Source: a virus
Taxonomy: Duplodnaviria; Heunggongvirae; Uroviricota; Caudoviricetes; Demerecviridae
DNA length: 64,000 nucleotides
Reading direction: 5' to 3' (one strand)
Virus record (IMG/VR): IMGVR_UViG_2974620381_000001
Location: 48,928 to 112,927 of that record
In this document: positions 44,563 to 54,687 of the stretch, piece after piece
How the letters are laid out: the number at the start of each line of letters is the position of its first letter
Numbering within the stretch: the stretch's first letter is position 1
Notes under the pieces: generated by a model
What the model was told of the DNA's origin: nothing
Database searches by the model: none
Seen by the model: the letters and a program-made list of their open reading frames with translations, nothing else
Position numbers and translations under genes: made by a program

Positions 44563-44683
44563 TTAATAACAAACCCCAGCTATTGAATAAGTAGTCTGGG
44601 GTTTTTCTGTATAAAGGTACATAATATATGTATAATAAAATTCATCCACATTAGGTTAATTTAAAAGACTTAATGGAGGTAAT

Positions 44684-45031
44684 ATGAGCCGTACTTATCG
44701 TAAACAATCTGGTGATCAGTGGTGGAAGTCTAAAGAACAATTCTCCCAAGAATATTCTTTCCTCAAAGAAAATGGCTACTGGATTCGTGTTATTTATGCC
44801 AAATCCTGGGACGACATCAAAAAAGAAATGAAGGAAGCAACCATTCGTAATGAGAAAAAGGATGGTTATAACTGGAATTCTATTAGTAAGAATGTTAAGT
44901 GGCATTCTAATAAAATGGTTCGTCAAGGGAATCGTCAAGAACTCCACCGCGTGATGAAAGATCCAGAAAATTATGATTATAATCGCGATCATGACATGCG
45001 TAAACGTGGGTTATGGTGGTGCTATGACTAA
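44684..45031 (+). CDS. hypothetical protein (W/K-rich)
   Basis: 115 aa; preferred over overlapping minus-strand ORF 44651-44992 because co-oriented with the operon and preceded by GGAGGT SD. Confidence 0.45.
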   Translation: MSRTYRKQSGDQWWKSKEQFSQEYSFLKENGYWIRVIYAKSWDDIKKEMKEATIRNEKKDGYNWNSISKNVKWHSNKMVRQGNRQELHRVMKDPENYDYNRDHDMRKRGLWWCYD

Positions 45032-45048
45032 ATTCTGAAATAATTCAT

Positions 45049-45077
45049 TTGCTAAACCTCTCTTTTCTTGCTATAAT
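45049..45077 (+). promoter_or_regulatory. T5-type promoter
   Basis: TTGCTA-17-TATAAT. Confidence 0.6.
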
Positions 45078-45107
45078 ATGTTTATAAATTGATGAGAGAG
45101 GTTTGAA

Positions 45108-45389
45108 ATGAAAACTCGTCTAGACTGTGCTGTTCATGTTCTTGAACACGATGTTGAGGGAACCTGTATGTCTTACCACGAAGCAGGTCGTTTAATTAAA
45201 GAACGTGTGGCAGATGTGTGCGGATTGAAGATTACTGCTGAGGAGGCTGACGATCTTTTAGGTCAAGCACTGGAGAAAACCGAAATGTTTCTCTGCGATT
45301 CTTGTTCTTGGTGGTGTGAAGCCCACGAACGTTCTTTCAACGATTATGATGTATGTCGTGATTGTAGTGGGGAGGATGAAGATGAATAA
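45108..45389 (+). CDS. hypothetical Cys-rich protein
   Basis: 93 aa; promoter 45049-45077. Confidence 0.45.
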   Translation: MKTRLDCAVHVLEHDVEGTCMSYHEAGRLIKERVADVCGLKITAEEADDLLGQALEKTEMFLCDSCSWWCEAHERSFNDYDVCRDCSGEDEDE

Positions 45390-45681
45390 GTTTATTATTG
45401 CACTGATGATCTCCGCAGTTAGTTTCGGTTCTCTGGCATCTACCAAAGTTTCAATGAAAAATGGTAATGTTAAAGTCCAACAGAACGGCATTATTACCGA
45501 GTATGGTAAAGTTCGTGATGTTAAGGAACGTAATGGTAAAGTAGAAATATATACTAATAAAAACTTCTCTACTCCAGCCGTTACTATTAGCAAACATGGT
45601 GAAATAACCACTCAACGTACTAATAGTTCTGATTCTTTTACTTGTCGTTATGATTGCGACTTTGAAGGTGAAGATGAATAA
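45382..45681 (+). CDS. secreted hypothetical protein
   Basis: 99 aa; signal peptide MNKFIIALMISAVSFGSLAS; GGGGAGGA SD. Confidence 0.45.
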   Translation: MNKFIIALMISAVSFGSLASTKVSMKNGNVKVQQNGIITEYGKVRDVKERNGKVEIYTNKNFSTPAVTISKHGEITTQRTNSSDSFTCRYDCDFEGEDE

Positions 45682-46093
45682 TTTAGACCCTAGAATTAAA
45701 TTTGCAATTACAGAAATCCAAGATCAAATTGACGAGGACTTCACCGTTTGGTCAAGGTCTGGTAATGGAGAATATTGCCAGCTTTATAGCATGAAAATGG
45801 GTATCTCAATTGAGCTTAATATCAACCCTGAGGGTAGAGTAGAAGCTCAACCCATGTTCAGTGTTCCAGGCTTCTCTGGATTTGTTGCAGGTATAAAATT
45901 GTGTCTACCAAATAACCATCTTCATCGAGTTATTTGTCAGCTAGAAACTATTAAGCATTTCTTGCCAGAAGATAACATTAATGACTACTACCATGAAGTT
46001 GTAGCAGCTCATATGATGAAAGAAAGTAAACGTCGGAGAGAAGAACGTGAAAAGACTAAACATCAACAGCACGGTGCAGATTCCAGCAACTAA
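45674..46093 (+). CDS. hypothetical protein
   Basis: 139 aa; start ATG 45674 after GAAGGTGAAG. Confidence 0.45.
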   Translation: MNNLDPRIKFAITEIQDQIDEDFTVWSRSGNGEYCQLYSMKMGISIELNINPEGRVEAQPMFSVPGFSGFVAGIKLCLPNNHLHRVICQLETIKHFLPEDNINDYYHEVVAAHMMKESKRRREEREKTKHQQHGADSSN

Positions 46094-46343
46094 GGATGTT
46101 TTAACCTTCCTACGTAGTGAGAATACCCAGTTTTGGCATGACTATATTCAGGAAAATAAAAATAATCCAGACATAGTTGCTTTTGCCAAAAAACGTATTG
46201 GGGAATATAAAGATCCAGAGATTAAAGATGGGATGATTACTATGCAGTTATGGATAGCTATGAAAACCTTTGGACCCACTATGAGTCTAGGATTTACTCC
46301 ACTGTTTACTAATATTCTAGTCAATGAAAAGGATCTGAAATGA
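46047..46343 (+). CDS. hypothetical protein (start uncertain)
   Basis: 98-aa ORF overlapping previous gene by 47 nt. Confidence 0.35.
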   Translation: MKRLNINSTVQIPATKDVLTFLRSENTQFWHDYIQENKNNPDIVAFAKKRIGEYKDPEIKDGMITMQLWIAMKTFGPTMSLGFTPLFTNILVNEKDLK

Positions 46344-46624
46344 TTATCTCTCCATTTGCTCTTTGGTTCGTCATAGGATCTGTGGTTGCTATTTATAGCC
46401 TGGTTGATGATCTGTATATTTCTAAGAATAAAGATGTGATCTTATATGTTGTACATAAAACACGTCCATCAGACCTAGCACCTCTTGATGATAAAACGTT
46501 GCTCAGGTGTGCTAGATCTGCAATATTTATTATAGACATTCTTCTAGGCCCAACATCTGTATTTTTCTATTACCGAAAAACTCGTAATATGAAAAAATTT
46601 AAAGCAGAAATGCAGAATAATTAA
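46340..46624 (+). CDS. small membrane protein
   Basis: 94 aa, two hydrophobic segments. Confidence 0.4.
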   Translation: MIISPFALWFVIGSVVAIYSLVDDLYISKNKDVILYVVHKTRPSDLAPLDDKTLLRCARSAIFIIDILLGPTSVFFYYRKTRNMKKFKAEMQNN

Positions 46625-46734
46625 AGAACTCGCGTAGGACCGAGTTGCGTCACCTGCAACTGTTACGGATAAGGGAGTCGTGCCCCTTAGTGCGGTAAGT
46701 GGTGAGTTGGTCGCTGACCTTAACTGGAGATTAT

Positions 46735-47079
46735 ATGACTATAGTACTAATTCTTGTTACCACTTGGTTTTTAATTGGCGCTGGGTATGCAGTAGCTATA
46801 CTTAGACACTTAGATGAATACTCTGCTGAATGGTTCATTAAACACCTTCGTATAGACAACAAGGAGCACGAGTTTGAAAACGAAAAACAAAGAAAAGCAG
46901 TTGAAGAAATGACAGGCGAAGAATGCTTATTCTATATGCGTGCAATAGGATTCTTAGGGTTATTTAGTGCTGGTCCACTAGGTTTTACCATAGCTCCTTA
47001 TAAAGAAACAGTAGACGATATTAAGTTATGGAGAAATGCAGGGGTACTACGCAAAGCTAGAGAAACTAAAATTACATAA
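46735..47079 (+). CDS. membrane protein
   Basis: 114 aa; start ATG 46735 after CTGGAGA. Confidence 0.4.
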   Translation: MTIVLILVTTWFLIGAGYAVAILRHLDEYSAEWFIKHLRIDNKEHEFENEKQRKAVEEMTGEECLFYMRAIGFLGLFSAGPLGFTIAPYKETVDDIKLWRNAGVLRKARETKIT

Positions 47080-47172
47080 GATTGACACTAAGTTAGCTTA
47101 CTAGCAAAAGCAAATAATGACAAAGCCCAGCCTGCACTTTTGCGACTGGGCTATTTTTATAATAAAATTTTA

Positions 47173-47201
47173 GTTGCTTAGATGCCCAAACTTTTGTATA
47201 A
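47173..47201 (+). promoter_or_regulatory. T5-type promoter
   Basis: TTGCTT-17-TATAAT. Confidence 0.6.
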
Positions 47202-47233
47202 TATGTTTATAGATTGAGGCAAGAGGATTAAAT

Positions 47234-47932
47234 ATGAGGATTATTTCTAAGTTCGCCGATGTGTATGATTTGCAGAACAGTTTGTTCGACCCAGATCGTG
47301 TGTGGGAACGTAAAACTGAGGAGTTGCTGGTTAAAGTAACCGATGATGCAGAAAAGAACATTGTGCATACTCGCCAGGTATTTCGTGATGGTTCGCTATC
47401 TTTCCGGGGTGATTTCGAATATTTTGTAAACCCACTATTTGTTGCAGGTGAAGTTTACTGGTTACACGAGCTGTACTGCTGGCATCCAGCATTTAGCTTC
47501 AAAACGTTCAACCTAGACACTATGTTTGATAAAATGGAAGAGATGGGATTACATGCTCGCTCTTACTTAATGGATAAGAGTCGCGGAGATGTTCGTGAAA
47601 CAATGCGTGATTTGCTCGCTGAAGCAAAACCTAAAGCAGAACGTATCTTATCCGAACTGCGTGTACCTATTGCATATGTGAAAGGTATTAAAAAGAACGA
47701 TAACGATGATGTTCGTAACTTCGTGATTCAGACTAACATTCGTTTCCATCAGTCAGGTATTCCGTGGCAGGAAATTGAAAGTAACTTATACCGTTTACAC
47801 CAAGTTCTCGAACAGTATATCTTCGGTGTACTAGGAACTGGTGAGCCTGATATGATTAAAGTATCAGATAAAGACAGGTTAGCAGCGCATGGATTTGATA
47901 CAAAAACTTCTTTCAGGAATATGGCACGGTAA
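47234..47932 (+). CDS. hypothetical protein
   Basis: 232 aa; promoter 47173-47201. Confidence 0.5.
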   Translation: MRIISKFADVYDLQNSLFDPDRVWERKTEELLVKVTDDAEKNIVHTRQVFRDGSLSFRGDFEYFVNPLFVAGEVYWLHELYCWHPAFSFKTFNLDTMFDKMEEMGLHARSYLMDKSRGDVRETMRDLLAEAKPKAERILSELRVPIAYVKGIKKNDNDDVRNFVIQTNIRFHQSGIPWQEIESNLYRLHQVLEQYIFGVLGTGEPDMIKVSDKDRLAAHGFDTKTSFRNMAR

Positions 47933-48338
47933 GTGGTACATCCTGGGAGCAGGTCTAGCGATAGGCATCGGGTTCGGTGCTTATCACTTAGTAGATAAAG
48001 TGGAGACTTTAGCAGGAGATCTTGCGGTAGCTACTAAAAAGATTTCTTCTCTAGAGACTTCCCTTAATAAGGTGAAAGCTGAAAGCGAACTTCGTGAGAC
48101 TAGAATGAATCAGTATTTCACAATGAATAATATTTCGCAAGCAGATCTAGACAAAAAGATTAAGCAGTTAGATAAAGCTCTTAGTCGCCAAGATATTATA
48201 GCTGCAAAGCCTGGATTGGTAACATTAATTGCTAAAAAGCAGAGTAAAGAGTTCGAGGAAAGATTAGCGTGTTTAACTGGAAACTTGGAATACTGCTCGC
48301 AGCCACAATCACAATCACAGGCTGTGCAGAAGAAATAA
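47889..48338 (+). CDS. membrane-anchored coiled-coil protein (i-spanin-like, putative)
   Basis: 149 aa; N-terminal TM helix then periplasmic coiled coil. Confidence 0.4.
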   Translation: MDLIQKLLSGIWHGKWYILGAGLAIGIGFGAYHLVDKVETLAGDLAVATKKISSLETSLNKVKAESELRETRMNQYFTMNNISQADLDKKIKQLDKALSRQDIIAAKPGLVTLIAKKQSKEFEERLACLTGNLEYCSQPQSQSQAVQKK

Positions 48339-48622
48339 AACCAGAGCCATCCCATGAGTTAAAGCAAGCTCATGTAGACTGGCCTAAAGGACTTCAACCT
48401 TGTAGCTTTGACTTTAAGTTTGAAAAGAAATTAGCTACAAATGGAGAAGATGGCGTAGTAGTTGTTGTACCATATAAAGATTGGAATGCAAAAGCAAAAT
48501 GTGAGGAAGCAGTTTACTCTTACATTTCACGACTGACTGGTATGGTTTGCTTCTATCGCCAAGATTTACAAGAAAAACGTTGCTTAGTTTACTATCCACC
48601 AATTAACAATAGGAAAGATTAA
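48269..48622 (+). CDS. lipoprotein (o-spanin-like, putative)
   Basis: 117 aa; lipobox ITITGC; start overlaps 3' end of preceding gene. Confidence 0.4.
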   Translation: MFNWKLGILLAATITITGCAEEIKPEPSHELKQAHVDWPKGLQPCSFDFKFEKKLATNGEDGVVVVVPYKDWNAKAKCEEAVYSYISRLTGMVCFYRQDLQEKRCLVYYPPINNRKD

Positions 48623-49374
48623 TGTCAGTATTAGTCGGTTTACATGGTGAAGCTGGTTCGGGAAAAGATACCGTTGCAAAATTAATTATCGATTGGTGTA
48701 ATGACACGTATCCAACGTGTTTATCCAGTCGTTATAGTTTTGCTAAGCCCGTTTATGAACTTGCATCCGTAATCCTCGGTGTAACTCCAGAGTTTCTAGG
48801 AGAGCGCAGAGGAAAAGAGATTGACCAATGGTTTACGGTCACACAATCTCAATTGGAGCGAGCCAGAGATGTGTGGTTTAAGTACGGTATCGATAAGTTT
48901 GAAGACTTCTCGTACGTTTGGCCTATTTTTGAGGAAAAATATCTTAATCCTCAACAACTTATCTCAGAGAATAAAGAAGACGGACTTTATAGTTTATTTA
49001 TTTCTCCGAGAAAAATGTTACAGCTCGTAGGGACAGAGCTAGGAAGGCAGCTGGTGCATGAACGCATTTGGCTCATAATTCTGGAGCAATCCATCGCTAA
49101 AGACGACCCAGATGTCGCCGTAATAACAGATGTTAGATTCCCCAATGAAGGAGAGTTACTCAGAGAAACAAATCATTTAGATATGGATTCTTTGATAGTA
49201 AATGTAGTACCCGCTGAGCAGAAGTTCACTATTAAATCAGATCATCCATCTGAAAGTGGTATTCCTGCAAAATATATTACTCACGAATTAGTTAATAAAT
49301 TCGATGGTATCAATAACCTTAAACTAGAAGTTTATAACTTCTGTGACTTAGAGCTAGAACCACTAGTTGGATAA
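48622..49374 (+). CDS. deoxynucleoside monophosphate kinase
   Basis: 250 aa; N-terminal P-loop GLHGEAGSGKDT like T4 gp1 dNMP kinase. Confidence 0.6.
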   Translation: MSVLVGLHGEAGSGKDTVAKLIIDWCNDTYPTCLSSRYSFAKPVYELASVILGVTPEFLGERRGKEIDQWFTVTQSQLERARDVWFKYGIDKFEDFSYVWPIFEEKYLNPQQLISENKEDGLYSLFISPRKMLQLVGTELGRQLVHERIWLIILEQSIAKDDPDVAVITDVRFPNEGELLRETNHLDMDSLIVNVVPAEQKFTIKSDHPSESGIPAKYITHELVNKFDGINNLKLEVYNFCDLELEPLVG

Positions 49375-49386
49375 TCAAGGATCGCT

Positions 49387-49986
49387 ATGACTAATAAAAA
49401 AGAAGAAAAGACTAACCTGTTTCACTCCATTCACCAATCTAACGAGTATACCTTTTTCTTTGATGAAGAATTAGGCCCGCCAGATGAATACCGTGATTTA
49501 TCAATGGTACTTATGCAGGCAAATGAGGACGACGAAATTAATCTGATGATTAATGGTCCAGGTGGTTATGTTGATACTGCTGCACAGTTATCTAACTTAA
49601 TTGCTAATTGCCGTGGAACAGTTATAGGGCATCTGATTGGTCCTAGTGCTTCTGCTTACTGTACAATTTTCCTATCCTGTCATGGATGGGTAGTACATCC
49701 ACATGCTACGCTAATGGGACACACGTTCTCTGGTGGATTCTGTGAGAAAGGTCAAGAAATCAAGAAAGCCTATGAATCTTACAACAAGTTCGTAGAAGAT
49801 ATGATGCTAGACGTCTACTATCCGTTCTTCTCAATAGACGAAATCGACGAGATGGTAAAAGACAACAAAAATATCTATCTAGATAGCAAAGAAATCCATA
49901 AGCGTATTGAAATCTTGGCAAAATATCGGTCTGAGCAATATAATAAAGCCCAGTTACCTCAATCCAAGGAGCATAACGAAGAGTAA
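49387..49986 (+). CDS. ClpP-like serine protease
   Basis: 199 aa; INGPGG (ClpP INSPGG), candidate Ser (GPSASAY) and His (HPHATL). Confidence 0.55.
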   Translation: MTNKKEEKTNLFHSIHQSNEYTFFFDEELGPPDEYRDLSMVLMQANEDDEINLMINGPGGYVDTAAQLSNLIANCRGTVIGHLIGPSASAYCTIFLSCHGWVVHPHATLMGHTFSGGFCEKGQEIKKAYESYNKFVEDMMLDVYYPFFSIDEIDEMVKDNKNIYLDSKEIHKRIEILAKYRSEQYNKAQLPQSKEHNEE

Positions 49987-50142
49987 GTAATTTTAAGCCA
50001 GGGTTTAACGACCCTGGCTTTTCTTTTATCTAAAATTCTTCTTGACAACGACAAAATTTTATGCTCCAGAAGTGATCTTTAAAAACACATTGTAATTTTC
50101 CTCCAAAATTAGTATAATGGTACTGGTTAGAGGAGGTTACAA

Positions 50143-50799
50143 TTGGAAAAGTTCTTACAATTATTAACGGTACTGCTCCAAGAAGCGAAAGATCCAGCAT
50201 CGCTTCTTAAACGTCTGCTAACTATCTTAGTTGCTGTCATTATTTTCTTATTTGTTAGTAATACTAGCGAGGTGATGTCATTCTTAAAGACTTTCTCCAC
50301 GTCTGCGGTTCTACAAGATGTTCAAACTCAAAGGATAGATAACTTTCCTAATGTAGCTAGAGAAAAGAGCATGGTACTCTTTTCTCAAACGGGTGCGGAT
50401 GCTGTTTTTGTCGTCAAGTATAAACCCGATGCCATTAATGATTATTCTAACATTATTGCATGGGAAAGCAATGCGCAATTAGATAGGGCTGACTTGGCCG
50501 ATAAAGCGGTAAATAAAACGTCTGAGCTATATAGACGTCACTTGGAAGGCTTTAACTACGCATCGGATTTAAGTGTAAAAGTAAATAAATACATGGGGTT
50601 AAATATACCTGCGTTTAAGAACGTTACTTTTAATTACATATACACTTGTCCGTATTTCAATCTAAACAATATCTATGCTGGGTATATTGGTATTGCTTGG
50701 AAAGATAATCCTGTAGATGCAGCCGATTCTGAGAAATTTAAGGAATATTTAACAAAGCTCTGTTCACCACAACAGAGATCTTTAGGTAGATCAATATGA
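50143..50799 (+). CDS. holin (putative, class III, single TM)
   Basis: 218 aa, TTG start after GAGGAGGT; one N-terminal TM; immediately upstream of and overlapping the endolysin gene. Confidence 0.55.
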   Translation: MEKFLQLLTVLLQEAKDPASLLKRLLTILVAVIIFLFVSNTSEVMSFLKTFSTSAVLQDVQTQRIDNFPNVAREKSMVLFSQTGADAVFVVKYKPDAINDYSNIIAWESNAQLDRADLADKAVNKTSELYRRHLEGFNYASDLSVKVNKYMGLNIPAFKNVTFNYIYTCPYFNLNNIYAGYIGIAWKDNPVDAADSEKFKEYLTKLCSPQQRSLGRSI

Positions 50800-51209
50800 G
50801 TTTTAAATTTGGTAAAAATAGTGAAAAACAATTAGCTACCGTTAAGCCAGAGCTACAAAAAGTAGCTCGTAGAGCTTTAGAATTATCTCCATATGATTTC
50901 ACGATCGTACAGGGTATTCGTACAGTAGCACAAAGTGCCCAGAATATTGCTAATGGTACTTCATTTTTAAAAGATCCTAGTAAAAGCAAGCATATTACTG
51001 GGGATGCTCTTGATTTTGCTCCATACATTAATGGTAAGATTGATTGGAATGATTTAGAAGCATTTTGGGCAGTTAAAAAGGCTTTTGAACAAGCAGGTAA
51101 AGAACTAGGCATTAAACTTCGTTTTGGTGCTGATTGGAATGCTTCGGGAGACTATCACGATGAAATAAAACGTGGTACCTATGATGGCGGTCATGTCGAA
51201 CTAGTTTAA
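50796..51209 (+). CDS. endolysin, L-alanyl-D-glutamate peptidase (peptidase M15 family)
   Basis: 137 aa; Zn-ligand motifs SKHITGDALDFAP (H..D) and GGHVE. Confidence 0.75.
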   Translation: MSFKFGKNSEKQLATVKPELQKVARRALELSPYDFTIVQGIRTVAQSAQNIANGTSFLKDPSKSKHITGDALDFAPYINGKIDWNDLEAFWAVKKAFEQAGKELGIKLRFGADWNASGDYHDEIKRGTYDGGHVELV

Positions 51210-51286
51210 TTAATAACTTAGGCGGGAATATTCCCGCCTTTTTAGGCAAAGGGGGCTTTAATAATTTTTGAAGATAGGAGAAAGCC

Positions 51287-51703
51287 ATGTTTGCAGAACT
51301 ATTCACTATGATGCTGCTAGGTATCTGGAAAATAAGTCTAGTAGTATTCGTTTTAATGATAGTCTTTACTATCATTGCACTAACTACCCGAAATAGCTTA
51401 TTAATAAAGGTTATTCACGGACTAGAGTATATAATTATGGGCTCATTCGGCGTTTGTAAATGCAATTGCCATAGAGATACGAAATATTGTTGGTTATGGA
51501 TGGAACTAGAGAATCCTATATCCGTAGCTTTGGCTGTTTCATTCGGCATGATTCTTATGGCCCTTACTCTAGCATTAATACCTTTGATGTTAGCTGGGGG
51601 AGTTACAGCGTATTTCACCCTTTTCTCCCCGATACTTATGTACTCAATTTACCCAATAACTATGTATCTAGTTAGGAAAAGATTTATACATGCAGTAGAT
51701 TAA
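51287..51703 (+). CDS. membrane protein
   Basis: 138 aa, multiple TM segments. Confidence 0.45.
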   Translation: MFAELFTMMLLGIWKISLVVFVLMIVFTIIALTTRNSLLIKVIHGLEYIIMGSFGVCKCNCHRDTKYCWLWMELENPISVALAVSFGMILMALTLALIPLMLAGGVTAYFTLFSPILMYSIYPITMYLVRKRFIHAVD

Positions 51704-51778
51704 GATAAAAAAGTAGTTGACTTTTAGCCCTAGTTATTATATAATATATACATAAATTAGTTAAGAGAGGTATATATT

Positions 51779-52210
51779 ATGTCTGATCGTTTCTATACTC
51801 AAATGGCGGAACATTTTCGTATACCACATTACGAGCTAAACATTGCACTCCGTGATCATGACTCTCCTGAGTACAAAAAGCTCGAAAAGAAAGCGGAAAA
51901 ATCTATTGATACAAAGGTAGGTGCATCTATGTCTAAGGGCAAAAAGTTAACTCGTCTTGATCTTAATAAAATTTTAACTGAACTTTTGGGTACTGATATT
52001 GAAGGTGCTAAATTACCACTTCTTGTACTAGAGACTATGATTAAAAAGGTCAAAAATAAAGAATATAAGAAGGTAGAAGTCCCAGAAGGCAGATTAAAGG
52101 CTCCTTATCAGGAAGCATTAACCGAGTGTTTGGGTGTAAATCTTGATCTGAGCACCGCAACCGTAAAAACTATGAAAAACTTCTTAGAGGCCATTAATAA
52201 CTATGAGTAA
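51779..52210 (+). CDS. hypothetical protein
   Basis: 143-aa ORF after TTGACT promoter-like sequence ~51717-51755. Confidence 0.45.
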   Translation: MSDRFYTQMAEHFRIPHYELNIALRDHDSPEYKKLEKKAEKSIDTKVGASMSKGKKLTRLDLNKILTELLGTDIEGAKLPLLVLETMIKKVKNKEYKKVEVPEGRLKAPYQEALTECLGVNLDLSTATVKTMKNFLEAINNYE

Positions 52211-52493
52211 ATTAGTATATCTATTAAAAGGTTCCACTTGCAACCCGTGTAAACTTTTCGAACCAGTATTTGATAAAGTAGTCAATGAATATAATTTGGA
52301 AGTCCATAAAGAGACTGATAATACAGAATTAATGCAGAAATTTGGCGTACGCCAAGTTCCTGTAGTAGTTCTAGCGGATCGCTTACCTAATGGTCGAGTA
52401 GAAGCTAATCATATTTTGATTGGACGTCAGCTTCGTAAAGAAACTATGCACGAAGCTATTAAAAATTTCCTGGATGATAATCCAGAGGATTAA
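52203..52493 (+). CDS. thioredoxin-like protein
   Basis: 96 aa; CNPC redox motif near N-terminus in thioredoxin-fold context; terminator 52498-52530. Confidence 0.55.
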   Translation: MSKLVYLLKGSTCNPCKLFEPVFDKVVNEYNLEVHKETDNTELMQKFGVRQVPVVVLADRLPNGRVEANHILIGRQLRKETMHEAIKNFLDDNPED

Positions 52494-52497
52494 TAAA

Positions 52498-52530
52498 CCA
52501 AGCCTGATCTTAGCGGATCAGGCTTTTATT
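52498..52530 (+). terminator. rho-independent terminator after thioredoxin gene
   Basis: AGCCTGATC...GATCAGGCT + TTTTATTTT. Confidence 0.6.
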
Positions 52531-52534
52531 TTAC

Positions 52535-52563
52535 TTGCTTTTTGCTAAAAATTTTGGTATAAT
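52535..52563 (+). promoter_or_regulatory. T5-type promoter
   Basis: TTGCTT-17-TATAAT. Confidence 0.6.
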
Positions 52564-52590
52564 ATTTATATAGATTGATAGGAGGATTAA

Positions 52591-52836
52591 ATGTTAGCAG
52601 AGCAAGCAAAACGTTTAGCTAGAGTTAATAGAGCTGCTCTTCTCAAGGGCAGAAAGAAGCCGTATAGATACGTTAAAAGACGGATTCTAGCCTCTGTAGA
52701 GGCTGGGGGTTCTTTTATACAATTTAATCGTGATGAAATTAGTTATGAAGCTATAAAAGCCCTCTATAAAGATGGTTATACTCTAAAACTATCAAATAAT
52801 TATGGTACAACTATTTTAAATGTTATTTGGGAATAA
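52591..52836 (+). CDS. hypothetical protein
   Basis: 81 aa; promoter 52535-52563. Confidence 0.45.
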   Translation: MLAEQAKRLARVNRAALLKGRKKPYRYVKRRILASVEAGGSFIQFNRDEISYEAIKALYKDGYTLKLSNNYGTTILNVIWE

Positions 52837-52838
52837 TT

Positions 52839-53702
52839 ATGAAAAAAGAATTTAATGTGCATAAAACACTAGTAGTACCTGATGATGTTAACTTATTCTT
52901 TGTTGGTGATATTCATGGATGCAACGATTTACTAGAAGATGCACTACAATTAGCTGGCTATAACGGCAAGAAAGACTGCGTTGTATGCGTGGGGGATTTA
53001 ATTGATCGAGGCACGCAGAACCTACAAGTTTTAGCCAAATTCCTGTATAATCCACGCTTTATCAGTGTCCGTGGTAATCATGACCAATTTATGATTGTGG
53101 GAGATTGGACTAACTGGATGTATAACGGTGGTATGTGGGCCATGAATGAACTAGATGCAGATACCATTAAAAATATTGCTGAAGACATGGCTGAAAAAAT
53201 GCCAGTATTTCTGACTGTATTGCATCGTGGTAAAAAGTATGGTGTTGTTCATGGTGGTGTACCTTTTATGTACAAAGAATGTGGTAACGAAGTAGAAACC
53301 CCAGTATGGGATAACCTTATTGCACAAGTAGAAGCAGCTAAGGAAGACCCACATGACCATCCTGGATACCATGTTGAGCCATACTTATGGGATCGAGATG
53401 TAATCCAAGAAATAGGTTTTCACTTATCTAAAAATGGTGAAGAACACTCATATTTCCAGCGTTATGCAGGGTTTAAAGAGAAATACATGGTAGAAGTACC
53501 TCCAGTTAATGGAGTAGACTTTGTATTTCATGGGCATACTGGAGTGCCTTACCCGATTTTACACCAGAACCGTGTTTACCTAGATACTGGCGGTGTTTTC
53601 AACGGGCAGTTGACGGTTGCGCAGGTTAACGATGAAACGGGCAAAATCACCACATTTACCACAGACAAAAATGATAGCTGCGGTGTACAGAGGATCCTTT
53701 AA
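52839..53702 (+). CDS. Ser/Thr protein phosphatase (calcineurin-like metallophosphatase)
   Basis: 287 aa; GDIHGC, GDLIDRG, GNHD motifs. Confidence 0.7.
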   Translation: MKKEFNVHKTLVVPDDVNLFFVGDIHGCNDLLEDALQLAGYNGKKDCVVCVGDLIDRGTQNLQVLAKFLYNPRFISVRGNHDQFMIVGDWTNWMYNGGMWAMNELDADTIKNIAEDMAEKMPVFLTVLHRGKKYGVVHGGVPFMYKECGNEVETPVWDNLIAQVEAAKEDPHDHPGYHVEPYLWDRDVIQEIGFHLSKNGEEHSYFQRYAGFKEKYMVEVPPVNGVDFVFHGHTGVPYPILHQNRVYLDTGGVFNGQLTVAQVNDETGKITTFTTDKNDSCGVQRIL

Positions 53703-53989
53703 TGAATGATAGAATGAAAGAAGTACAAGAAGAATTACGAGCAATGCGTATTGATGCCCTTCGTTGGAGGGCATTAGTTAATGCTTTCGTCAAAGGAGAC
53801 ACCGGAGTAATATATTCTGGAATAGCAGTCAATTTTTGTTTTAATTCTCCTGCTGAAATAGAGATAGAAACAAGGCTTACTACCTACCTTAATGAGGTAG
53901 ACCTTAAGGAAGGAGAGACTCCCGAGGAGTTTAAAACTAGAGTATTAACTACCTGGGTTGATAATTTAATACAAAAAAGGAGTAAGTGA
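53702..53989 (+). CDS. hypothetical protein
   Basis: 95-aa ORF, ATGA overlap with previous. Confidence 0.4.
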   Translation: MNDRMKEVQEELRAMRIDALRWRALVNAFVKGDTGVIYSGIAVNFCFNSPAEIEIETRLTTYLNEVDLKEGETPEEFKTRVLTTWVDNLIQKRSK

Positions 53990-54579
53990 TGAAGGTTAAA
54001 TTCTGGTCAGACTTGCACTTAGACCACCCTGGAGCACTACGTTTCCGTCCGTGGTTTAAGAACATGAAAGAGCACGATGAGTATATTCTAGATACTTTGT
54101 CCAAGCATATTGGTAAACGAACAAAACTTATTTTGCTAGGAGATATTGCAGTAGGTCGTGAAGGTCTGGCCAAATTAAAGTCGGTTATCCACAATGTCCC
54201 TAATCAACTCATTATGGGTAATCATGATGCGGAGCGTCAAGGACTGAGTATTAAGGACTTAGCGGAAGTTTATGATGATATTCAGGCTCTAGGTAGACAG
54301 ACTGGAGGTGGCAAAAAGTTTTGGCTATCTCACTGCCCTTTGCATCCCAATGAACTTCGTGGTAAACTAAATATTCACGGACACGTACATACTACTTCTT
54401 TACGTGATCCACGTTATATTAATGTCTCATTTGAAATGAGTAAAACTCCAATTCCGCTAGAGGATATTGTGTCTGGTAAGTTTACTAGCTATGATAGGGT
54501 AGTTAATTGTACTACCGGCGAGGTATTACAAATAGGAGAAGACGTAGCTGCTGTATTACGTGGTGATATAAATGTCTAA
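53989..54579 (+). CDS. metallophosphoesterase
   Basis: 196 aa; D.H, GDIAVGREG, GNHD, GHVH motifs. Confidence 0.6.
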   Translation: MKVKFWSDLHLDHPGALRFRPWFKNMKEHDEYILDTLSKHIGKRTKLILLGDIAVGREGLAKLKSVIHNVPNQLIMGNHDAERQGLSIKDLAEVYDDIQALGRQTGGGKKFWLSHCPLHPNELRGKLNIHGHVHTTSLRDPRYINVSFEMSKTPIPLEDIVSGKFTSYDRVVNCTTGEVLQIGEDVAAVLRGDINV

Positions 54580-54687
54580 GTATATAGCTGAGGTTATTAT
54601 TAAACGAATCATACAGGCGATAGCAATACTTATAATCATTTGTATTGCTATTGGCACAGGATTAGGCATTTTAATTGAAAGTTTTAT

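Noticed and set aside
44651-44992. 113-aa minus-strand ORF
   Set aside because: Mutually exclusive with the plus-strand 44684-45031 ORF, which has an SD and operon context. Minus-strand product is Ile/Phe low-complexity.
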